Below are positions 1-11,600 of a DNA stretch of 64,000 nucleotides, piece by piece (within the stretch, counting starts at the first letter, position 1; the number at the start of each line of letters is the position of its first letter). Source of the DNA: Lama glama (Eukaryota). A program made the translations under genes and the position numbers. The notes below the pieces were generated by a model. The model was not told where the DNA came from and ran no database searches. It saw only the letters and a program-made list of their open reading frames with translations. Location of the stretch: positions 3,534,001-3,598,000 of the forward strand of contig CM052830.1 in NCBI GenBank assembly GCA_028534125.1, written 5' to 3'.

Positions 1-692
1 AGAAATTTCCCAAAAAACTAAAAATAGACTTCTCATATGATCCAACAATCCCCTTCCTGGACATATATCCAGACGAAACTCCAGTTCAAGGAGACACATT
101 CACCCCAATGTTCATAGCAGCACTATTGACAATAGCCAAGACATGGAAACAACCTAAGTGTCCATCAACAGAATGGATAAAGAAGATATGATGTCTGTAT
201 ACAATGGAATATTTCTCAGCCATAATATGGAATGAAATAATGTCATTTGCAGCAACATGGGTGGACCTAGAGATTATCATACTAAGTAAGTCAGAGAAAG
301 ACAAATATCATATGATATCACTTATAAGTGGAATCTAAGAAAATGATACAAAATGAACTTATTTATAAAACAGAAAGAGACTCACATACATAGAAAACAA
401 ATCTATAGTTACCAAAGGGGAAACAGGTAGGTCACTCTTCTCTTAAACGTGCAGCCCTGCAGACAACGTCCCTCATTTAGGGGATAATTTAGGAGTTTGA
501 GATTAGCAGGTACAAACTTCTACATATAAAACAGATAAACAACAAGGTCCTACTGAATAGCACAGGGAACTATATTCAATATCTTATAATAACCTATAAT
601 GAAAAACAATATATGTATATGTATAACTGAATCACTATGCTGTACACCAGAAATTAACATAACATTGTAAATCAACTATAGTTTAATTAGAA
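1..692 (+). mobile_element. LINE-1 3' end (ORF2 end + 3' UTR), truncated by the window start
   Basis: Typical L1 phrases: atgttcatagcagcactatt, tgtccatcaacagaatggataaagaag, cagggaactatattcaatatc. Confidence 0.9.
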
Positions 693-1299
693 AGCCAGGG
701 GAGTAAAGGTATTTTCATTACATCTGTGAGTAAGTCAGGGATGCCTGTCAGCAGCACCACTGTCATTTAACTGTGGCAGGGCAGTGCAGCCAGACAAGGT
801 GACAAAATGCTGTAAAAGAGAATAAAATTATCAACTAAAACTGTTAGAATTTCAAAATGGACTTTTACAAGATCAGTTATAGATTTTTTTTTCTACATAC
901 CAACAATAGCCAGGTAGGCGTAACAGGAGAGAAAAATCCACTCACCATGGCCACAAAAAATAATAGATCTCAGAATAAACTGACTATGAGACTTCTATAG
1001 CTATGAAGAAACCCACTGTGGCATCAAGAGATTTCTTGAGTGAAAAGACCCAAGTTGTATGGGTAAAAGTTTCTCATTGCTAGGCAGGAGAAAGTGGAGT
1101 GGGAGATGACTTTGCAGTGAGCTGGCACCAGTGGGTTAACCACCTGGATTTCCTTTTGAGACGAAAGGAAGAAGGAGCTTCTATTTTTTAAGTGTGGACC
1201 GAGATGGGCTGTCCTCGGCCAGATCTGCTTGCTTCACGGGAAGATGTGCCTGCCAAACACCTCCCCTTGAAGCAGGCAAATCTGGCCACCATCTTTGTT

Positions 1300-2091
1300 T
1301 CCTTGTTTGTTTTTTTTTTAATTGAAGTATAGTCAGTTTACAATGTGTATCAATTTCTGGTGTACAGCATCATGTTTCAGTCATACATGTACATACATAT
1401 ATTCCTTTTCATATTCTTTTTCATTATAGGTTACTACAAGGTATTGAATATAGTTCCCTGTGCTACACAGTATAAACTTGTTATTTATCTGTTTTCTATA
1501 TAGTAGTTAGTATCTGCAAACCTTGAACTCTCAATTTATCCCTTCCCACCCTCTTTCCCTCTTGGTAACCATAAGTTTGTTTTCTATGTCTGTGAGTCTG
1601 TTTCTGTTTTGTAGATAAGTTCATTTGTGTCTTTTTTTTAATTCCACATAAAAGTGACATCACATGGCATTTTTCTTTCTCTGTCTGGTTTACTTCACTT
1701 AGTATGACCATCTCTAAGTCCATCCATGTTGCTGCAGATGGCATTATTTTATTCTTTTTTATGGTTGAGTAGTATGCCATTGTGTATATTTATATTAATA
1801 TATATATGTATTTTTAATTTATATACATCACATCTTCTTTACCCAGTCCTCTGTCAATGGACATTTAGGTTGCTTCCATGTCTTGGTTATTGTAAATAGT
1901 GCTGCTATGAACATTGGGGTACATGTATCTTTTCGAATTAGAGTTTTCTNNNNNNNNNNNNNNNNNNNNNNNNNNNNNNNNNNNNNNNNNNNNNNNNNNN
2001 NNNNNNNNNNNNNNNNNNNNNNNNNNNNNNNNNNNNNNNNNNNNNNNNNNNNNNNNNNNNNNNNNNNNNNNNNNNNNNNNNNNNNNNNNNN
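1300..2091 (-). mobile_element. LINE-1 3' end, same family as 1-692, partly N
   Basis: T-tail then attgaagtatagtcagtttacaatg...; reverse complement resembles 1-692. Confidence 0.88.
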
Positions 2092-2176
2092 TCTTTACAT
2101 TTGAAGATTTAGCCTGCCTGAAAAGCATATACATGTAAAGTAGGGTGCAGCTTAGTTTTCTCCCAAATGGTCACCC

Positions 2177-2318
2177 CAGTGGTTTTCAAACTTGGCTGCA
2201 CATTAAAACCCTTGATGCTGGGTCACAGCTTATACCAGTGAACTTGGGGTATCAGATGTACGCACTTGTAAAAATTACCCAGGTGATTCCAACATGCAGC
2301 AGATTCTGAGAACCACCA
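2177..2318. mobile_element. hAT-Charlie MITE (MER5-like)
   Basis: Ends cagtggttttcaaa / tgagaaccac; 8-bp near-TSD ggtcaccc/gttcaccc. Confidence 0.65.
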
Positions 2319-2367
2319 GTTCACCCAAGTACCCCTCACAGAATAGAATATTCTTTTCCCCATGCCT

Positions 2368-2460
2368 TAGATGGCCAACCATACTGGTTTCAGCACTGAA
2401 AATTGTGTATCCCAGGAAGTAGTGCTCAGTTCCAGCAAACCAGGACAGCTGGTCACCCTA
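2368..2460. mobile_element. hAT-Blackjack MITE (MER81-like)
   Basis: Ends tagatggccaac / ctggtcacccta; internal ttcagcactgaaa. Confidence 0.5.
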
Positions 2461-4473
2461 GACTCAATTCTTTCATAAGCATAGGTCTGTTTCTGGACTT
2501 TCTAATCTGTGTCATTTCTATCTGGCCAGCAACACTACCACACCACTTTGATTTCTGTGACTTTAGAGTATATTTAAATGCTTAATAATACAGGTTCTGC
2601 CACATTTTTATTTTTTAGCTCTTTCCCAACTATTTTTCCCAAATTGTTTCTTCTAAATGAACATCGGAATTATTGCATCAAAGTTTCCCCAATAATTCCA
2701 TTGAGACTTTGGCTGGGACAGCCTTAAATGACAGGTTACTTGGGGAACTTATTTATAGGATCAAGGTCTGCTCTATGCTACTGTTTCTACATACTTTAGT
2801 CCTTAAGTCTTATATTGGCTTATACAGTGTTGTATATAGGTGTGGATGTGCATATGTCTCTTTGTAATACAGATTTTATCCCCCAAATGATACAGAACTT
2901 GAAGTTAGATGGTAAGAGGTACTGTGTACCTTGGTTTGTTCTTTGACAAGGATGTGAATACCTGCAGGGTTCACAACCTGGTGTCTGGCCTTGGGGAGAC
3001 TCAGAGATGCCACAGAAGTGGTGTCACTTCCCCAGGAATTGGGCGTAAGTGCTCACATCCCCAAAATGACTGTAGAAGATGGTGATACCACTGACAGTGA
3101 CACCACACACAGAGCAGGTGACCGTGGACGTGGACCAGCATCTCACATGGGATAGGCTTTCAAACAGGCACTAGTAAACGCATGCAGAGAGGTGATGTAA
3201 ACCTCCACTGGCACAAGTGATATGAAAAGAGATCAAACAAATAATTTAATAGGTACACTATCTAAATTTACAGTATCTCATTCACTGGCTTTACCTGGTG
3301 TAGCACTGCACATGAGAAAGCAGGTTTATTTCTCCGTGCTCACCACTGGCCCCATTGACCCCCTGCCATCTTGTCTTCCAAGGCAAAAGAATCTGGCCAC
3401 CCATTAGCCATTGCATTCAATACACGCTGCAGGGACCATTGTGAGGACTGCTTTCCATGGAGAGCATGTCCAAAAGAATGTGGTTGCCAACTCCCTCCTG
3501 TCATTCCTACAGCAGGTAGTGTGTCCCTTGGGGTTGGGTCTCTTCTGTGAATGTGGGAAATCTGTTTTTAAATGATGCTTACTACTGTTGATGCATCCTC
3601 TGGTCCCATGTATTGTAGAGACCACTGAACACCTCGCTCTCTGCCTGGGAACAGATCTCTGGAATGGTCCCATCAGTTTCAGAGTTTGGGACTGGGGTGA
3701 CTTGAGTGGACGTTCAGACCCCGCAGGGCCCATCTCAGGGATAGTGTTCCTGGTGTGGGATGCATTCCTAGTGGGTGGGCCACTCTGGGAAGCACTGGGA
3801 ATCTTCCAGCATCCAGCGATGCTACCAAGACTTGGCCATTCATGCATGAGCACCCCCCACTTTCTCCAGAGGACCAGAACAGTATTTCCACTGGCCTCCC
3901 TTCCTCCAGACTTCTGTCCTGCAGGGTCTCCTGAAGGGGCTGAAAGAGAAATCCTGTGTCACATGCCTGCTGAAAATCACCTGATGACTGACTCTACATG
4001 TTTTGTGGGATAAAACAGCGTCCTAAGCAGTAGGGATGTGGGTCTGAGCCCGTGGGATCTGTGCAGTGCCCCATGGTACACTGACCTGCCTCCCGTAAGC
4101 AGCAGCTGCGTCCTTTGCACTGTCCTGTGGCCCAGCAGCATCCGGAAGAGGGGCGGGGTCAAGCTCACCTGGGAGGGGCACTTAAGATAGGCTTTGAGGA
4201 GTAATAGATTTAGACTCGGAAGGTGTAGGACACCTTATCATTGGCTTCATCGTGTCTTTGGAATGAAAGCTGCTTCTTTTTATTTTTGAGAACAAATAAC
4301 CTGACCAATGGTCTTGGACGCCTCGGCTACCAACTCAGTGGGCATTTTTAAGAAGTCATGAGTGAGCAGTGAGTTGGGGGGAAGAAGCCATTACCCGCCT
4401 TTCCTCCAGCCCTGTGTGTCCTCCCTTCTCTGTGGCCGGGGTGTGCGTTGGTCCCGAGCATGAGTCCGCTGGA

Positions 4474-4532
4474 GGGGGCGGGTGTGACGTCATTGGGGGC
4501 GGGTGTGACATCATTGGCACAGGTGTGCGTCA
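4474..4532 (+). promoter_or_regulatory. Tandem 21-bp GC-box/CRE/inverted-CCAAT module
   Basis: gggggcgggtgtgacgtcatt + gggggcgggtgtgacatcatt; TGACGTCA at 4485-4492; ATTGG at 4492 and 4513; TGCGTCA at 4526. Confidence 0.55.
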
Positions 4533-4662
4533 GCATCGCTCTGGGGTGAAACGCAGCAGCGGGGCCGCTCCCCGGCGTGATTCTCGAGGCTGGCTGTGCC
4601 CGACGGGGTTCTGACTCTGCTCTCTTCTCCTCCCTCCCCGCAGTGGCTGCCTCCTGGTGACG

Positions 4663-4674
4663 ATGGCCGCGTGA
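4663..4674 (+). other. uORF Met-Ala-Ala-stop in the 5' UTR
   Basis: acgATGGCCGCGTGA, A at -3 and G at +4, stop ends 9 nt before the main ATG. Confidence 0.7.
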
Positions 4675-4683
4675 GCGCCTGCC

Positions 4684-5634
4684 ATGGCCAACCGGACGCG
4701 TCAGAGCACGGCGAGCAGCATGCTGGACCACAGGGCGAGGCCGGGGCCTGGCCCGCACGGCCAGGAGCCCGAGAGCGAGGACGCCGAGCTGCCCCTGGAG
4801 GAGTATGCGCCCCCGGGCCTGGAGCCGCCCGCCCTGCGGCCCGAGAGCCCCGCGCCCGCCGAGCCGGGCGGCCACGACCACAGCCCCGACGGGGACTCAA
4901 GCTCCGACTACGTGAACAACACCTCCGAGGAGGAGGATTATGACGAGGGCCTCCCCGAGGAGGAGGAGGGCATCACCTACTACATCCGCTACTGCCCCGA
5001 GGACGACAGCTACCTGGAGGGCATGGACTGCAGCGGCGAGGGCTACCTGGCCCACGGCGCGCGCCACCTGGAGACGGACGAGTGCCAGGAGGCGGTGGAG
5101 GAGTGGACGGACTCGGCAGGCCCGCACCCGCACGGCAGCCCGGACTACCGGGACGGCCGCCTCCCCATCCCGGAGGACGAGTCCTCCGTCCTGGAGGCCC
5201 AGGACCAGGAAGAGGGCGTCCACTACTGTGCCAGCGAAGAGGGCTACCCGGACTACTACCCCACGGAGGCCAACGGGAACGCGGGCGGCGCCTCCCCCTA
5301 TCGCCCGAGGCGGGGGGATGGGGACCTGGAGGACCAGGAGGAGGACATCGACCAGATCGTGGCCGAGATCAAGATGAGCTTGAGTATGACCAGCATCGCC
5401 AGCGCCGGCGAGGCCAGCCCCGAGCACGCGCCTGCCCGGGGGCCCGAGCCAGGGCCGGGGGACTCCGCGGAGGCCGGCCCGCCCGGCGAGGCCAGCTGCG
5501 GCCCCAGCAGACATGAGGGAAGGCCCAAGTGTCTGAACCTCCCTCCTGAGGCCAAGCACTCTGGAGACCCCCAGAGAAGCTTCAAGACCAAGACCAGGAC
5601 TCCGGAGGAGAGGCCAAAGTGGCCCCAAGAGCAG
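4684..5634 (+). CDS. APBA2: APBA2 first coding exon (exon starts 4644; 317 codons; acidic N-terminus incl. Munc18-binding region)
   Basis: Acceptor tccctccccgcag at 4643; Kozak gccATGg at 4684; donor CAG|gtagga at 5635. Confidence 0.96.
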
Positions 5635-8600
5635 GTAGGATTCTGGCTGTCCTCAGAGAATGGGATGGAGGAGCCCAGAGAACAAAGGGTGTGCTGGTGT
5701 CACCCACAGATCAGAATGAATGCTCAGTTCTCCATCCGCTCCATTACGCGTGGACTTTCTTGTTGTTGTTTTTTTGTTTTTTGTTTTTATTTAAATATTT
5801 TATTTTATTTATTTTTTGTTTTGGGAGGAGGTAATTATTTATTTACTTATTTATTTAACAGAGGTACTGGGGACTGAAGTCAGGACCTCCTGCATGCTAA
5901 GCATGCGCTCCGCCACTGAGCTATACCCTCTCCTGGTGTGTGGACATTTTGGTCACTCACCTTCACCCATCAGATGCATCAGGAAATGCCAAGAACATCT
6001 TGTTGAAGGTTGATTGGCAAATAAGGCTTCCAGAAGACACTCCAGCCCATCCAGAGGAGGCTGGGTCCTTAGCCTGCCTGCACTGAATCTGCTCATAGAG
6101 GGAGGGATGTCCCTGTGACCGCTCCCCCACCTGGTGGTTTCTTCAGGTTGGCAGGGCATCAGCAAGGATGTGGGGTCGCTGGCCAGTGCAGAGAGCTGCA
6201 GCCAATGGTTGAGGGCTGCCCTGTGGGGAGGAACAGCGGACCTGAGTGCATTTCACAGGGGCACACATCTCTGATAGCCTCCGGGGGCTTGGCACAATGG
6301 GCAATTAGCTGTAAGTAAATCTTTTGAAAATAATTATTTGAAGGTTTGACAAAGTCTTGGAGAAGAAATACATGCTAATGAGACCAATGGACTTAAGCAT
6401 ACTGTATTTTCTTGTAATTCTAGCCACATTAGTGGGTTTTCTAATGAACACTTTGGAAAAGCTGCCTTTCAAAAAAATCCCACATGTCTAGATACAGAAG
6501 ATGTGAGAATTAGATGCACATAAAGGAACTTCTATTTGGCTAATTCTATGGACAAATGAGAATGAACTGCTTTCATATTTTTAACACCTTTATTGTGGTA
6601 TGATTCCTGTACAGTAAACTATATGTATTTCAGATGTATAATTTGATGAATTTTGGTAGATGTATATACACCAGTGAAACCACCACCACAATCAAGATAG
6701 GTAACATTTCCTTCACTCCCCAAGAGGTGCAAATTTCAAAATTTGCTTTTGTATTTTTTAAAGCTTTAATTAATATACCTTTTTTTTCCAGAAGAATTTA
6801 TTTGAAATATATATATATAATGAGAGCTTGAGTTTGGGCAGTAAGTCTTATGGACTCACTATTAAATTTCCAGAACTTTCTTTTGATGCCTTTTGTTTTT
6901 TAAAAGGTTGTTAAGTGTAAGTTGACTTCTATTTTGGGGTGTCCCTGTCATTCGAGTCAGTTCTGCAGGTGCCGGGGTTGGGGCTTTGGGATGTCAAGAA
7001 ACTGGTCTTGTGCAGTTGAGGGAGCTCCCCCCAAGGGCAGGAGACTCTGGGCTCAAGATCTAGGCTTCAGGATGAAATGCCACCCTCCCTCTGCGCAGAG
7101 CTGGACTCACACCCAGTGGTGACGATGCCCAGGGAGTGGACAAGACCTCGTGTTTTGCTTTACTGTAACCAGAAGCCAGTTTGAGTGAACTCCGAGCTTT
7201 GGGTTGAAGGACAGGGGGGTTGAATGAATGGGTGGTGGAGTTGCTTTCACAGGGCAGGTGGAGGTAGGGGGACCCAGGAGGAGGTCTGTTCTTCGGAGAC
7301 ATGGCATTGGGTGGGGGAGCACGTACTTGCTCTCCCTAAATAGAGTGTCTCCTAGAAGCAGGTGCTTTTATCTAAGATGGTGGAAGAGCTCATTTATGCT
7401 GGGTAATTATCACATAGCTTTTTTGGCTTTATTCCCTTATTAATTTGAAAATTAATTCCATCAAGGGAGACCCTGGCAGTTCCTAGCTCAGGGTGGACCA
7501 GGCCTCCTAGTGAAAATGGACTTCTCTTAAGGGCTCTGCCTTGCCTGGGTCATCATGTCCTATAGACCCGCACGACCCGTTCTAGACGAGGGACTCTGAA
7601 ATTTGACCATGGAGCCACTAATGGTGATAGGAACCATTAATTTTTTAAAAATTTGAACATTGACTGCATATTCGATAATACTGAATTTTATCAACTTAGA
7701 ACATTTTAAAAACTGTAATAAAATATACAGAGTATAAAAATTTCCATTTAACTATCTTTAAGTATACAGTTGAGTGGCATTGAATACATTCACATTATTG
7801 TCCAACCTTCACTACCATCTTCTACCTCCAGAACATTTTTCGTCTTGCAAAACTGAAACTCTGTCCCTGTTACACGTGAATTCTCCATTCTCCTGGTCCC
7901 CCAGTTCTTGGCACCCACCATTCTACTTCTTGTCTCTGAGGGTTTGANNNNNNNNNNNNNNNNNNNNNNNNNNNNNNNNNNNNNNNNNNNNNNNNNNNNN
8001 NNNNNNNNNNNNNNNNNNNNNNNNNNNNNNNNNNNNNNNNNNNNNNNNNNNNNNNNNNNNNNNNNNNNNNNNNNNAAGGCAGAGTCATATTCCCTTGTAC
8101 CAATGGAACCTCATTTTGCTTATCCATTCATCTGTCAATGGAAACTTGGGTTGTTTGTTTCCACCTCTTGGCTATGTGTCTTCAAGATTTTGCTTTCAGT
8201 TCTTTTGGGTACATACCCAAAAGTGGAGTTGCTGGATCATATGGTAACTGTTTTTAGTTTTTTGAGGAACGACCATATTGTTCTTTATGGTGGCCACACC
8301 ATTTTACATTCCCACCACCAGTGCACAAAGGCTCCAATTTCTCCATATCCTTGCCAATACTTGCTATCTTCTGTTTTTTTTTTAAATTATTACAATAGCC
8401 ATACTAACGGATGTGAGGTGGTATCTTATTGTGGTTTTGATTTGCATTTCCTAATGATTAGTGAAGTTGAACACCTTTTCAGGTGCTTACTGGCCATTTA
8501 TCTTCTTTGGAGAAATGTCTATTCAAGTTCTTTGCCCATTTTTTGAGTCTAATTTTTTTGTAGAGTTGTAGTTCTGGGTATTAATCCCTTATCAGATATA

Positions 8601-11600
8601 TGATTCATAGTTTTACAGTTTTTTCCTCCATTCCATGATTGCCTTTTCATTCTGTTGATAGTGTCCAATGGCATATCGAAGTTTTTATTTTTTTAATTTT
8701 TTAAATTGAAGTATAGTTGATTTACAATGTTGTGTTAGTTTCTGATGTACAGCATAGTGATTCAGTTGTACATATGCATACTCTTTTTCATATTCATTTT
8801 CATAACAGATTATTACAAGGTATTGAATATAGTTCCCTGTGCTATCCAGTAGGACCTTGTTGTTTATCTATTTTGTACATAGTAGTATGTATCTGCAAAT
8901 CCCAAGCTGATAGGAACCATCTCAAAAGCAAGATGTATGTGTGTGTGAAGGATTTTCCCTGGGAAATTTGGTGATTTCTTGCTCCATACCACAACCTGCC
9001 TTTCTAAAAGTAATCCTTTTCTCCTCCCGGGGATGGCCAGGCTGTGTGGCCAGCAAAGTCCTGGCCTCGGACTTGTGCAGAGGGTGCCCCAGAGTCCCAC
9101 ACCTGCCTCCCCAGTGCTGTACACACAGGTGGTGCCGCATGGGAAATAACCTAGGGGAGAAATGGTCATAGAGGCCACTAGGTGCTTAGATGGTCGCTTT
9201 GTCAGGTGTGGTCCATGGTCCAGCAGCACTGGCGGCCCTGGACCACTGACTACAAGGCTGCGTTTTAATGAGATGGCACATTCAGGTTTGAGAAGAGATG
9301 CTGTGGAGGAGTGGAGATTTCTATTGGAGGAAAAAGTGTGGAGCATCCTTCTACTTATTTCAAAGCTTTTCAAAAGTTACATTGTGGGATGTCTTTTTAA
9401 TTTTTTTTTCAGTTTTTAATTTTATTTCTTTTGCGGAGGGAGATAATTAGGTTTATTTATTGATTTGTTCGTTTGTTTTTAATGGAGGGACTGGGGATTG
9501 GACCCAGGACCGCCTGCATGCTAAGCACACTCTCTACCACTGAACTATCCTCTCCTCCCTGGATGCTTTCAAGAATGCTGAGTAGCAGGGGAGGATAGAG
9601 CTCAGTGGTAGAGCACGTGCTTAGCGCACGAGGTCCTGGGTTCAATCCCCAGTACCTCCATTTAAATATGTAAATAAAACGATTACCCACCCCCAAATGC
9701 TGAATAGCACTTTAGTCGACGCATGGACAGCAATATTACAGGAGAATTAGAAATGGGACTGTGCTTCCCACCCCCTAACCCACGAGCCCTTCTCATTTCC
9801 CTGCCTTACTTCTCAGGCGCTCGCTCTGTGCATAAATGCTGTCAGCGGCTGGCGTTGTAGTCCAGATGTGATTCTGTCACCCAGCTTCGAAAATCTGACC
9901 TATTGGGAATGTGACTCCTTGTCATATAATTTTCACGATCATTCTGACCAACCTTTGAAGGTTGGGGCGATACGCCATGTAATGTATGTCTGTCCGGATC
10001 CTGCCATCGAGTGTGCAGTTGCAGGTGACGTCTTCCTTTGTACAGGAAACTCCGCGGACCCGTCTGCCCAGGCGTGTCTTCCTTGTTGGGGTTTATTACC
10101 TGCAGATAATGCCAGTGCTGCACGTGAGAGCTGCCCATCTCCCTGTGATCGTCTTGTCTGATTGTTTCTCTTCTTCTATGTATATTTGGTTGGTGTCCTC
10201 TCTCTTTGGGGGCCCCGATGCTTTCCCATTTCCCAGGAGCACCTTAGGCACCACAGAGGTTGCTTTTCACTGTAGATGTTTTTTTCTTGAGTCTCTTTTC
10301 TTTCAAAAAGGCTCCAGTTTGCAAGTAGACCTGCCTCCTGGGCCACTCAGTGGAGACCAAGAGGTGTGCACTGGGGGAAGGGTGGGGATCTCAGAGAGCC
10401 CAAAGGAGATGAACTCATGTTGCAGAAAGACAGGGTGTGATGATGGGGAGGAGAGGAGATCTGTGTGTGAGTGTTTTTAGAGGAGAAAAAAATTTTTTTT
10501 CCAAATCAGTACGTATTCATTGAGGACATTTTCAAAAATAAGGTGAAAAAATATTTTGCCACATGGCATTGTAAAAGCCCACCATGAAGAGTTTTCCAAT
10601 CAAAGAGACAAACCTCTCTTTGGAGGTCTCAGGATTTCCCAGAGCATTGCCTTAGAGGTGTTCTGTGAACAAGGTGTGGCTAATCCTTATCATTCATGGT
10701 TTCCATATCTGTGAATTTGCCTCCTCGCTAGAATTTATCTGTAACCTTAAAATCAATACCCAGAGCACTTCGGCAGTCCTTTGTGGACATGTGCTAACAA
10801 AACAGATTTGAGTCTGTCAACACGCCCGTTTCCCACTGAGTTTAAACAAGGAGATGCCTTCTTTTTTCAGCACATACTGTAAACAAGTGTCCTTCTCGTG
10901 GTCCTTTTTGTGCTGCTGTGTCGCATTTTTGGGCTTTTTGCTGGTGAGAAAGTGACCCCCAGCTGCAGTGCTGGAGGGCTGTCCAGGGTCCCTACACACG
11001 GGAAAGCTGCGATGTGCCTTTTGGAGAAGATACGTGTGTCAGGTGTTTCATTCGGGCATGAGCTGCAATATTTCTGGCTGTTAAGTTCGATGTTAACAAG
11101 TCAACAATACGGTACATCCAGAAAAACGAAGAAGAAACTTGCCAGTCTGTACATGGAGCTGCTCTGGAAAATGCTGCGGTTAACATCGGTTGTGTGTGAT
11201 GGAGCAATAGAAGAGCAGCTAAGTTCGTGGATTTGTGAGATGAGCCCCAATTAAAAAACTTTATATTATAAAGTTGAAAGCCAAAGAAATCGATGATCTT
11301 GTTACCCAGGGTCAGGAAAATGTTAAAGTCTTCTTAGCTGGTATTTTATGGTGAAGAAATGCTGGCTGTAGTTCATTATTTGTAAGTCATATGTATTAAA
11401 GAAAGTGTCTTTAAATAGACATATGCAGAGAACAAGGTTATGTGTTCATCAGTTGATGAAGATGTGACCAGAGGCTGCGGGAACCTCACCCTGTATTTCC
11501 CCTGGGAGCCATGGTCCAGGATCCACTCATACTGGGTGTAGTCTACTTTATAGATCATCACTGCCACGAACAAGGGGAGTTGACTGTACTGGATTGGCGG

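Larger units (their letters stand above)
4440..5520. promoter_or_regulatory. CpG-rich, CpG-island-like segment over the first coding exon
   Basis: Visibly high GC and CpG density; not computed. Confidence 0.7.

Noticed and set aside
4348-5628. Long antisense and alternate-frame ORFs over the first coding exon (177, 243, 145, 144 aa)
   Set aside because: Expected shadow ORFs of a GC3-rich exon; no independent signals
5635-5877. C-terminal 80 aa of the 397-aa ORF with a hydrophobic, TM-like tail
   Set aside because: Read-through past a strong donor into intron; the Phe/Leu-rich tail is the T-rich end of an antisense SINE
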